Shown piece by piece: positions 44,135 to 55,552 of a stretch of 64,000 nt of DNA. Within the stretch, counting starts at the first letter, position 1, and every line of letters starts with the position of its first letter. The notes under the pieces were generated by a model, which saw only the letters and a program-made list of their open reading frames with translations, ran no database searches and was not told the origin of the DNA. The position numbers were made by a program, and so were the translations under genes. Origin of the DNA: the human T2T-CHM13v2.0 reference genome, Homo sapiens; NCBI RefSeq assembly GCF_009914755.1, contig NC_060925.1; one strand, written 5' to 3'.

Positions 44135-45570
44135 CATAAAGTTGAGACATACAAGTCTTAAATAAATGGAGACATTTATCATGTTTGTAAATTGGGATAT
44201 CAAGATTGCAAAGAGATCGATTCTCCTAAAGTGATGTATAAAATCAATGCAAGCATAATACAAATTATAACATGACTTTTTCGAGGAATTTGGCAAAGCC
44301 ATTCTAAAATCCATGTAAGACAGTAAGTATGTAAGAGAGGCCAAGACAATTTTCAAAACAAAAAAAATCCAGAGTGTGTATGTGTGAGAATTGTGTGTGG
44401 GGAAGGGATGGGGGGACCATAGCCCACTAGGTGTGAATGTGTTACAAAGCCAGAATGACTAGGACGGTGGCATAGTGGGGGATTAGACAAATGGACATAG
44501 GGCCCAGACATACATGAATACATCTAAGGGAATTTAGCATTGGGAAAATGTTTTATTTGTGTAAACAATTTACATGCAATCACTGCTTTGAACCATTCAC
44601 ACAAAACCAAATTGCAGATGGTATAAAGACCAATACATAAAATAAATAAATAAATAAATCAATAAGGGCTATGAAAGCATTGTAGGAAAAAAATCAGAAG
44701 ATATATACTGATAACCTTTATTTCTTTATTAGACAAGGCACAAATGCAAAGTCAGAAAGGAAAGACATGTTATTTGGAGTACAATAAAAAAATCTTAATG
44801 GCAAAATATATAATAGTTAAAACACATGGACAGGGAGAAACATTTGTAATATCCATAATAAAGAACATATGCCTAGATGAAGGCTGTCTTAAAAATGCCT
44901 AAAAATAACAAGGGAAATGCAAATAGCAAAAAAAGATAAATAAGCAAAGGACAGAACAGATAATTCACAGAAGCGAGATTACAAGTGGCTTAAAAGCAAA
45001 TGAAAATGAACTTAATAATTGGCACACAGAGAAATGCAAATGAAAACAACAGGATGCTATTTTACAGCCATCAGAATGGCAAATATTAACAAATTTTATG
45101 CTATTTCACATTGGCAAGTAGGTGTTATAAATGAGCATACTCACAAATTGTAGTGTAAATTTGTATGTCTATCTGAAAACCATTTTGGAATATCTATTAA
45201 AATGTAAGTACCCACCCTAGAGAAACACAAATGTGCACAAAAACTATACACACACAGAGAGCTCAATGCAGCTTTATTTACGATCATGAAATATTAGAAA
45301 TATCTTACATGGACATCATATGAGAAATTTTAAACTGACAGTGGAACATAGATGTCATGTAGCAGGTAAGAACAGGAAAGAAAAGAGCTTGGTTTATATT
45401 AACTGGCATTAAACAATCTTTAAGGAAAAAATTATTACCTAGAAAAAAATGTACAGTATAATTCCACTTAGAAAAAACAGGACCCAAAGCACTATATATT
45501 CCTATAGAAATATGCATTTCATCTATGTACGTGAAGGCAGAAGAAATGTCTGGAAGGAAACAAAGAAAGC
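44135..45570 (+). mobile_element. Old L1 (L1ME-like) 3' region
   Basis: AAATAAATGGAGAC...CAAAGCCATTCTAAAATCCATG...AGAAATGCAAATGAAAACAACAGG...CATCAGAATGGCAAA. Confidence 0.75.
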
Positions 45571-45974
45571 ATTATTGACTAAAAAGGAAGAGGCTGAGGC
45601 ATGTAATGTTATTTAGAGAGTTTACTTGAGCCTAAGAGAGGACAACTGCCTGGAAGACATAGGCCCAATTAACCCTGGATATGAGCTCCCTTCTGCCTTT
45701 GTTACAAGCGGGTTTTTAAAGGCAAAAAAGAGAGACATGGAGTGGGCTAATACAAAGTTGTTTGTTAGGAATTTTCATTGGTTTCTAGAAATAACATTGA
45801 TTAGTGATACACTGCTAAGTTACGGTGTGGGTTATAGTGTCCAGTGCAGCATTATTAGGTTAATTTATAGTAATCTGTGGCAACAGCAAGCAGTTTCAAC
45901 AGAAGAATACATAGCTCCAAGGGCACAGTAGGACACAGTTGCTGTCTCATTTTAATGTCTCTCTGGGCCTGATA

Positions 45975-46740
<766 letters not shown>

Positions 46741-47944
46741 AGTCTTTTAAAAGGACTCACATTCCTCAAACGAAAATTATTTTTTCAGCCGATACCAGTG
46801 GTTGTCTCTGGGGATGGACCTGGGCAATTGAAATGGCTTCTTAAGGAGAACTTTACCCTTATCTGCAATGTTTAACTTGTACACCTATAGAAATGTATTA
46901 ATTATATAATTTAAAATTCATCACTTAACATGTGGGTAGAGAAAAGTCAGCATGTGAAGGAGACAGAGCAGAAGCAGATGGGGGCAAGTGGGAGGACGAG
47001 TGCTGAGGTAGAGCTTCAAGAAAGAGAAGGGAACCAGCAAGTGCTGCTGGCAGGGAGGGCCAGGTGAGGGGACTCAAAGTGATCCTCAGTTCTGGCAGCT
47101 GTGTGCTCACTGAAGACTTTAGCAGGAATTCTTTCCATGGAATATAAAGAATGTAAACCATAAATAAAGTCCTAAGTCCCTCCAATCAAATAAACACACT
47201 CCCTCTGGGCCAAGGGTATCCCAGAGAAACCTGGGAAAATTCAGAAAAACTGAATTCCCATGGGTCATGACAGGAAGTGAGGTTAGACATGCCTCGTTAT
47301 ACCCCTCCTTTTTGGAGTTTAGGCACAATGGACCAGCATTAACATTAAAACAGCGATCATAGGACAGGCAAAACAGACTCTTTGTGGCAATAAGATATAG
47401 CATATCCAACCCGACTCTGCTATAGCATCACATGACAGACAGCAGACCCTGAAAAAAAATCAAAGTAGTTTACCCTAACAGATATTTCTCTGACATATTT
47501 TTAAATGGCCTTGCAAAGTCGTCTTTTGTGGGGAACATTTTGCATCTGTAGGGAATCTCCATTAATGCAGCCAGGCCTTCCCCTGATCTAGGAGAGATTA
47601 ACTGAAAGTCTGATACCTTCAGGGTCTGAAAAGAGACAGTTACCATCTATTCTCTCTGAAGCTTGCCACCTATGAGGCTTCATCTACATAACAAAAACCT
47701 TGGCCTCTACAATCCCCCTTAATTCAAGCGTTTCTTTCTACTGACTTCGAGTCTTTAGATGAAGCCTCTCTCAACCAATTGCCAATCAGAAAAATCTCTG
47801 AATCCACCTGTGACCTATAAGCCCCCACTTCAAGATATTCCACCTCTTTAGGCTAAACCAATGTACACCTTCCATGTATTGATTTGTGGTTTTACCCGCA
47901 ATTTGTGTCTCCCTAAAATGTGTAAAACCAAACTGTATCCTGAC

Positions 47945-48873
47945 TTTGAGAGGCGTTTGAACCAGAGCAACTCTATCTTGAATAGGAGTTGGGTAAAATG
48001 AGGCTGAGACCTACTGGGCTGCATTCCCAGTCGGTTAAGGCATTCTAAGTCACAGGATGAGATAGGAGGTCGGCATAAGATACAGGTCATAAAGACCTTG
48101 CTGATAAAACAGGTTGCAGTAAGTAAGTGGCTAAAACCCACCAAAACCAAGATAGTGAAGAGTGTGACCTCTGGTTATCCTCACTGCTACACTCCCACCA
48201 GCACCACGACAGTTTACAAATGCCATGACAATGTCAGGAAGTTACCCTATATGGTCTGAAAAGGGGAGGCATGAATAATCCACCCCTTGTTTAGTATATA
48301 ATCAAGAAATAACCATCAAAATGGGCAATCAGCAGCCCTTGGGGCTGCTCTGTCTATGGAGGAGCTGTCAGGGCTCTGAGCCCAAGCCTGCACTTATAAA
48401 TCCAGATAGCCTGAGGCAACTGAAGAACCACAAAAGAAGTGAAAATGGCCAGTTCTTGCCTTAACGGATGACATTACCTTGTGAAATTCCTTTTCCTGGA
48501 CAATGAGTCTCAGAAGCTCCCCCCACCGAGCACCTTGTGACCCCTGCCCCTGCACGCCAGAGAACAATCCCCTTTGACTGTAATTTTCCACTACCTACCC
48601 AAATTCTATAAAACTGCCCCACCCCATATCCCTTTGCTGACTCCCTTTTTGGACTCAGCCCGCCTGCACCCAGGTGATTAAAAAGCTTTATTGCTCACAC
48701 AAAGCCTGTTTGGTGGTCTCTTCACATGGACGTGTGTGACAGTAGCCATTCTTTTATTCCTTTACTTTTCTAATAAACTTGCTTTCTGTATATGAGACTC
48801 GCCCTGAATTCCTTCTTGCATGAGATCCAAGAACCCTCTCTTGGGGTCTGGATCCAGATTGCTTTCCTGTAAA
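47945..48873 (+). mobile_element. MER41A-like LTR, split by LTR7
   Basis: AGAGGCGTTTGAACCAGAGCAACTC...GGCTGAGACCTACTGGGCTGCATTCCC; the AAGGGGAGGCATGAATAATCC junction lacks the MER41B GAS insert. Confidence 0.88.
48366..48741 (+). mobile_element. LTR7-family (HERV-H) solo LTR
   Basis: TGTCAGGGCTCTGAGCCCAAGCCTGCAC...CTATAAAACTGCCCC...GTTTGGTGGTCTCTTCACATGGACGTGTGTGACA; 5-bp TSD GGAGC/GTAGC. Confidence 0.92.
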
Positions 48874-49183
48874 CTCACCACCTCAGACACACTTCCTCAG
48901 AACCTGTTGAGATTGTTCTCTGGGCCATGGTCTGTCATATTGCTCAGAATAAATCTCTTTAAAATATTTTACAGAGTTTGGTTTTCCTGTTAATATAACA
49001 TAAGTCACATTGGAGGAAGTTGAAGAGAGAAAATTGAAGTAAGGAAGTAGAGATAGCAAATATAGACTACATTTCTCAAACTTTCACTGTGCAGGGAAGG
49101 AGGTAGAGGTTGGAGAAGAGTCTCTGTTTTGCAAAGATGCTGAAAGTTGAATGCCCTGAGGAGAAGGAGCCAGTGGAAAAGTG

Positions 49184-49617
49184 TGTCACGTGCATCTGTG
49201 TGAAGAGACCACCAAACAGGCTTTGTGTGAGCAATAAGGCTTTTTAGTCAACTGGGTGCAGGCGGGCTGAGTCCAAAAAGAGAGTCAGTGAAGGGAGACA
49301 GGGGTGGGGCCGTTTTATAGGATTTGTGTAGGTAGTGGAAAATCACAGTCAAAGGGGGTTTTTCTCTTACAGGCAGGGACAGCGGTCACAAGGTGCTCAG
49401 TGGGGGAGGTTCTGAGCCAGGAGAAGGAATTTCACAAGGTTAATTGCTCAGTTAAGGTGGGGCAGGAACAAATCACAGTGGTGGAATGTCATCAGTTAAG
49501 CCAGGAACCGGCCATTTTCACTTCTTTTGTGATTCTTCACTTGCTTCAGGCTGTCTGGATGTATACGTGCAGGTCACAGGCGATATGATGGCTTAGCCTG
49601 GGCTCAGAGGCCTGACA
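49184..49617 (-). mobile_element. LTR7-family (HERV-H) solo LTR
   Basis: Minus strand TGTCAGGCCTCTGAGCCCAGGCTAAGCCATCATATC...TGACA; perfect 5-bp TSD AAGTG. Confidence 0.93.
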
Positions 49618-49905
49618 AAGTGGGCATGGGAAAGAGGGGGTTAACTGGCAAAATAGGGTCATGCGTGAACCCTGTGGGCCTGGGGAGATTGACAAGAAGA
49701 GGCAGCCTTCTCTGACAAGACAGCAAAGAAAGGAAGGACAGGGTCAGTGACATTAGGTTTGTAAGGGTATGGAGTTGAAAGTTTGTGAAGTAAATCCAGG
49801 CAAGATTTTCCACCAAAAAAACTGTACAATGGAGGAGATAGAATTTCAATATTTACATGAAGATTCACTATTAAGACATTACTTTACAGGTATATAAAAG
49901 TATAT

Positions 49906-50902
49906 TATCATGAGTGAGTGATGACTATTGGGCTGCTGGTGTAGGGGTAAAAGAATTTACCAAGACGGTTGTAAGTAAAGAAAGGCAGATTTATTGGAGA
50001 AAGAATGAAAACATATTGCGAGGAGGCAACGGGCAGACCAGCAGAAGAGGAGCTGACTGCAAGGAAACAAAGACTTGCAGGGAATGTTATAGGGTGGCTC
50101 TTAGGGTGCAGAGTGCTACGTGCAGCACTGGTAACATCTGAGGCAGTGCTCCTTTTGCGGGGGCACTAGCTGCTGGGTGTCTGTTCCTGCAGACCCCTGT
50201 TGGCGACGGATGAATAAAGTACACTGACACACAGGTATTCTGCTTTGCCAGTCCAGCTGAGGGTGCCAGCCACTTACAAGCTCCAAGCTGAGTTCTGTAA
50301 ACAGTTGCAACTTGCCCCATCAGATAGTGAGGCTCCCATTTATTCACTAAGACTAATTAACCAAAGTTGTGAGTAAACACCAGTAGAGGGTAAAGATTAA
50401 AGGCCAGGTTCCCGGGCCTAAAGCAAACACCATAATAAATAAACTTCTGCCCACCCCTGAGTAGGAGGCAGGAAAGTACCCGCAGTAGGACAGAGGTCGG
50501 TCTTAAGCCCATATACGTAAACAGGTTAGTAAGATAAACTTCCCACATGCCTTTGTACTTGCACCCTAATCTTTCTGGCTCCTATAAAGAGACCCTGGCT
50601 GCCTTCGGCCAAGCAATCTGAAGCTACACAAACTCAGGCCTTCAAAGAGAGTTTTGTGTCTATTTCTATAGCTATCTCTAATATTTTTCCCACCAGCCTG
50701 ATTGAACCCCAACAAACACCAAGGTTGCAGTGAGCTAACTTGCAATGGTGATATCTGGGTGCAGGAAGATTGTGAGTTATTTGTGCAGGTGGGCTATGTG
50801 TCCTGAACCATGAAGAAAAGAGGCTTGCAGCTTATCTGCCTTTTCTTTCTGCTTTCCCTTAGTCATACCAGACAACTCTTTTCCCCTACTTAGGATTACA
50901 CA
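49906..50902 (-). mobile_element. ERV1 LTR, MER83-like, split by LTR22
   Basis: Minus strand TGTGTAATCCTAAGTAGGGGAAAAGAG...GGACACATAGCCCACCTGCACAAATAACTCACAATCTTCC; AATAAA on the minus strand near 49990. Confidence 0.7.
50139..50714 (-). mobile_element. LTR22 (HERV-K22/HML-5) solo LTR
   Basis: Minus strand TGTTGGGGTTCAATCAGGCTGGTGGGAAAAATATTAG...CTGCCTCA; 6-bp TSD AACATC/AACACC. Confidence 0.82.
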
Positions 50903-51504
50903 TACATGTGAGGAGCTTCAACTGCTTCACTTGCAAATTAGAGATGATTCAAATTCATGAAGTAATGACTGACTCCCCTCTATCTTTTAAGCAGAATGCT
51001 AAACACTAAAAAGGGGAAGATGCATAAGATGTTGCTGAAATGTTTTCTTGTTACAAAAGCAATTCACAATCATTGAAGAGCATTTAAAATATGGAAAGTT
51101 ACAATGTAAAAAACAGAAATCATCCAAAATCTCAATTCTCAAAAAAGAAAACTTGATATTTTTCTTTCTGTGTTTTTTATGCACATACATTTTTTCTAAT
51201 AAGATAAGATGACATTATACTTAGAGATTTCCATCCTATTTTCCCCTCCATGTTATTAACTATTTTTGGAAATGCCATTTTAATTTCTGGATAATTATGC
51301 ATCACACAGATGCATCATAATTTATTGAGTAAGCATGATCTTAAGGAAATACACAATATCTACTTAAATTCAACGTGAGGATCTTATGCTGTAATACTCC
51401 ATAGAAAGTAAGAATTAGAAAATGGAAGTAGAGAATCAGCTGGTCAGCCAGTAAATATTGGCCCTATACTTTATGCTAATATTTCTTCACATTTTTCCTA
51501 TTAT

Positions 51505-52410
51505 TTTTTGACCAAAACAATACCCAAATTCTGTAAAATATTTAAAGGGGGTTTATTCTGAGCCAATATGAATGACCATGGTCTGGGGAACAGCCCCAAG
51601 AGGTCTTGAGAAAGTGTGCCCAAGGCAGCTGGATTACTGTTTGGTTTTGTACATTTTAGGGAGACAGGAATTGTAGGCAAAAATAATAAATCAACACATG
51701 GAAGGTATACATTGGTTTGGCCTGAAAAGGAAGGACATCTTGAAGTGGAGGGATACTTCCAGGTCATAGGTGAATTCAAAGATGTTCTGATTAGCAATTC
51801 ATTGAAAGAGTTAGGCTTCATCTAAAGACCTGAAGTCAGTGAAAAGAAATGCTTGAATTAAGATAAGGGAGGCTGTGGAGGCCAAGGTTCTTGTTATGCA
51901 GAGGAGGGCTCATAGGTAGAAGGCTTCAGAGAGAATAGATGGTAACTATTCTCTGAAGTTATCAGACTTTCAGTTAATCTCTCCTAGATCAGGGAAAGGC
52001 CTGACTGCATTAATGGAGATTCCCTACAGATGCAAAATGTTCCCCACAGAAGACAACTTTGCAGGGCCATTTAAAAATATGTCAAAGAAATATCTGTTGG
52101 GATAAACTACTTTGATTTTTTTTCAGGGTCTGCTGTCTGTCATGTGATGCTATAGCAGAGTCAGGTTGGATATGCTATATCTTATTGCCACAAAGAGTCT
52201 GTTTTGCCAGTTGTATGATCTCAATTTTAATGTTAATGCTGGTCAGATGTGCCTAAACTCCAAGAATGAGAGAATATAACAAGGCATGTCTAACCTCCCC
52301 TTCCGATCATGACCAGAAATTCAGCTTTCCACCTTTCTCTGGGATCCCTTTAGCCAAGAGGGGATCCATGCATTTGGTTGGAGGGCTTAGAATTTTATTT
52401 TTGGTTTACA
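51505..52410 (-). mobile_element. MER4-group LTR (MER4E-like)
   Basis: Minus strand TGTAAACCAAAAATAAAATTCTAAGCCCTCCAACC...; homologous to 47152-48995 in opposite orientation. Confidence 0.85.
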
Positions 52411-52889
52411 TATCTTTTCTCTAAAGTAAAAGATAAATTCTTTAAATCTATTGGTCTGGTCATAATCTTTCTGTTTTCCTATTGACTGATGTAGACAAAG
52501 AATTAGAGAAGTAAAAATGCAAAGTGTATACCTCAACAAGTACTTGTCTGCACAGTACCCATCCATATTAAGCAGGGCTGGGTATGGAATTTGTAGGGTC
52601 CAGGGCAAAGGAAAAAAACAAAAGAAAGAACGTACAAGTAAAGGTACTAAAATACACATTTCTTTTCTTTCTTCCACGGTTGCTGTCTCTCGAGTTGTTC
52701 TGGTATTTTAAAATTTGTCATTTAATGATGTTCTAAGTAATAAAAATTATGTTATTAGCGTTAATTTTACCATTCATATTTATGTTGTTGAATGCTAGTT
52801 TTAAATGCAAACGTAACAGCATTTAACGGATATGCAAAATCACCAAGATTACATGATTCGTATTTCTTAGCTCATATATGCATATGTAT

Positions 52890-54100
52890 TGAGGGAAATA
52901 AAAATACTACATCCGCAAAAATACTTTTTTGACACATTTTGAGATGACTATTCAGAGAGACTGCAAAAAAGAAATAAAATCACCCTTGCAAAAATTGTGA
53001 TAGTGAAAAAATTAGGACAGTGAAAGAGATCTGACCTAACCAACTCCATCTTGTTCCAACCTCCAAGTTGCCCTTGTTCAATCCCAGGCATAGGCAGAAC
53101 TACCTTTGGGAGGAACTTAGTTTATAGTTTAACTTTGAAACAAAGAGGACAGCCATTGCCTGAAACAAATCTCCTTCTTTCCTGGGGACTAGACTGCCTT
53201 TGTAGGACTAACAAATTAGCCACAAGATTTGCAACTTCCCCAATTACTTCTGCAGATAAGTCACTAGTGTAGAATCTAAGATTGGCCTTTTGAGATGTCT
53301 TTTCAGGTTTTAGCATTTCTGACTACTGATGGGTCCACCCAGACCCATTAACCTGTCCTGTGGCCCCAACCAGAAGTGGACTCGGTGCACACAAGGACCA
53401 TTTTCCACACCCCTGTGATTACGCCCCATCCAATCAGCAGCACCCATTCCCCAGGCACCACCTCCCCCCAAACTATGCTTGAAAAACTCTAGCCTTCAAA
53501 TTTTCAGAGACTGATTCAAGTAATAAAACTCCAGTCTCCCAATTCAGCCAGCTCTGCATGAACTAAACTCTTTCTGTATAGCAATTCCTCTGTCTTGATA
53601 AATCAGTTCTATCTGGGCAGTGGGCAAAATGAACCCTTCAGGTGGTTACAGAAGTAGCCTTGAAAAGCTGTTTTCTGTGGGGGATATTAGCCTCTTTAGA
53701 GAATCTGCATTGATGGCACCAGGCTAGGAAAGATTATCTGAGAGTCTGACACTTTAAAAGGTCTGAAAGAAACATTTAGCATCTCTTCTCTCTGAGAGCT
53801 GCTACCTGTGAGATCTACCTGTTATCCACATAACAAGAGCACCTTTGCCAGCCACATCTCATCCTCTCTCCCTCTCATAACCTGTTTCACCACCATAACC
53901 TGATTTACTAAGCTCCAACCCCCTATTTTTTCCTGTAACCTCAAGATGGCATAAAAGCATCAGCTATCTGCCCATTTCCTTGAGTTCTTTCATTTTGTAG
54001 GACTCTTCTGCATGTTAATTACCTTTCCTCCTATTAATCTGTTTTTTTTTTCTGTTCAATTTTCAGCCAATCTTCAGAGGGTGTTTGCCCTTCACAAATA
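52890..54100 (+). mobile_element. MER4-group ERV1 LTR (MER34/MER39-like), split by LTR8
   Basis: TGAGGGAAATAAAAATACTAC...TTTGAGATGACTATTCAGAG | TAGCCTTGAAAAGCTG...; flanks GTAT/GTAT. Confidence 0.65.
52975..53650 (+). mobile_element. LTR8-like solo LTR
   Basis: GACAGTGAAAGAGATCTGACCTAACCAACTCCATCTTG...CTTTGGGAGGAACTTAGTTTATAG...GGTGGTTACA; TSD GAAA/GAAG. Confidence 0.82.
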
Positions 54101-54725
54101 GTATTTTGTTCTTAGCAGAACAGTGAAAACTGCACAAAACTTACTCAACTGTTTCTATGTCACTTCTGAATAAGTACAATTGCCATCAGCACTCTTCACT
54201 TTTGGCTTACTGATGAGCAAGGAAGGACAGAAAGAAAAAAAGACTGTAGTTGCCCTATCTTTCTTTTTCCTTCTACGTCATTTTCAGCATAAGTGGTTGG
54301 CTAATATAGGGAAGTTATTATGCAAGTAAGAAAGATTATAAGAGGATTTCTTGGTCATTTGGGTTTCTTAGAACTCCATTGTCTTCTTTCTATGTTCAAA
54401 GCAAGCTCTGATTTGAACAGAAAGCATAGCTTCTCATGGCTGTCATAGTCTTTACTTACTCAGGCATAGACATAACATATGCACTTCTTTGAGTCTCCCT
54501 GATTCCCACGAATTCTGGGTCCACTAGCATTCTGTACTCATGGAACCTTGGGAATGCTATATGTGAATGGGGTGGCAAGGAATAGGGGTGGACATGAATA
54601 TCTCCTGCCCATATGCATGCTCCATTAACCCATCCACTTTACTTCCAGACACCAGCTGAAAGACAAAATTATTAGGAGTTTCTAGATGATGGCTAACAGT
54701 AGAGCAGTAAGCCAAGAAGCAGGCT

Positions 54726-55096
54726 TGTATTAGTCCATCCTTATGCTGCTAATAAAGACACACCCAAGACTAGGTAATTTATAAAGGATAGAGGTTTAAT
54801 TGGCTCACAGTTCAGCATGGCTGGGGAGACCTCAGGAAATTTACAATCATGGCAGAAGGGGAAGCAAACATGTCTTTCTTCAAGATGGCAGGAAAGAGAG
54901 GAATGAGAGCCGAGTGAAGGGGGAAGCCTCTTAGAAAACCATCAGTTCTTGTGATAACTTACTATCATGACAACGGTTGGAGGAAACTACCCCCACGATA
55001 CAATTATCTCCACCTGGTCCCTCCCATGACACATGGGGATTATGGGAATTACAATTAAAGATGATATTTGTGTGGGGACAGAGCCAAACCATATCA
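54726..55096 (-). mobile_element. THE1D/MSTA solo LTR
   Basis: TGTATTAGTCC...AAACCATATCA. Confidence 0.9.
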
Positions 55097-55213
55097 GGGG
55101 CTCCTCTGAACATAAGCACTGGACAACTGTACAGGCCACATGCTGATGAAGCCAGCCCTGATGTTAAGGCATGGATGCTGGCCAGGCCTGTCTTGATGAT
55201 GTGTTTGCTCAGA

Positions 55214-55552
55214 CTAAAAGCAGGTTTACTGTGAAGCTAGCAAACCTTAAGCTTCAGAGACTCTCATTTGCCCAAGAGCTCACCAGCAGGGAGCCGATGG
55301 GAGCCATAGAATGTTCTGGGTGGAAAGGAAAAGCCAGGGTGAAATGAGGAGGCATTTCTCTGTAGATTTCTGGCAAATCTAAAGGGATCTGAGGAGAAAA
55401 AGGCCTGGAATTTCTAAATTCCTGTAATTTGTTATGAATTCTTTATACATTCTTAAAAAAGTCACTTTTGAACTCAATTTTGTATTTTTTTCTTAAAGAG
55501 ATGTCTTAAATGATATTAGCTTCAGGCCTCACAATACCTAGATCCATTGCTG
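55214..55552 (+). mobile_element. MER53-like hAT MITE
   Basis: TTTACTGTGAAGCTAGCAAACCTTAAGCTTCAG...AGCTTCAGGCCTCACAATACCTAGATCC; degenerate 8-bp flanks TGCTCAGA/TGCTTAGC. Confidence 0.6.

Larger units (their letters stand above)
47152..48995 (+). mobile_element. MER4-group LTR (MER4E-like) in an L2 remnant, split by MER41
   Basis: TGTAAACCATAAATAAAGTCCTAAG...AAACTGTATCCTGA | CCACCTCAGACACACTT...AATAAATCTCTTTAAAATATTTTACAGAGTTTG. Confidence 0.85.
52573..55160 (-). mobile_element. hAT-Tip100 DNA transposon (MER45B/C-like), complete, with three nested LTRs
   Basis: TIRs CAGGGCTGG (52573) and CCAGCCCTG (55152-55160); 8-bp TSD ATATTAAG/ATGTTAAG; about 1.0 kb after removing inserts. Confidence 0.8.

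Noticed and set aside
48240-48290. MER41 as an interferon-gamma/STAT1 enhancer
   Set aside because: The sequence reads GGGGAGG|CATGAATAATCC, lacking the tandem TTCCNGGAA GAS block of MER41B (MER41A-type)
48366-49617. HERV-H provirus
   Set aside because: The LTRs are in opposite orientation with separate TSDs and no gag/pol between them
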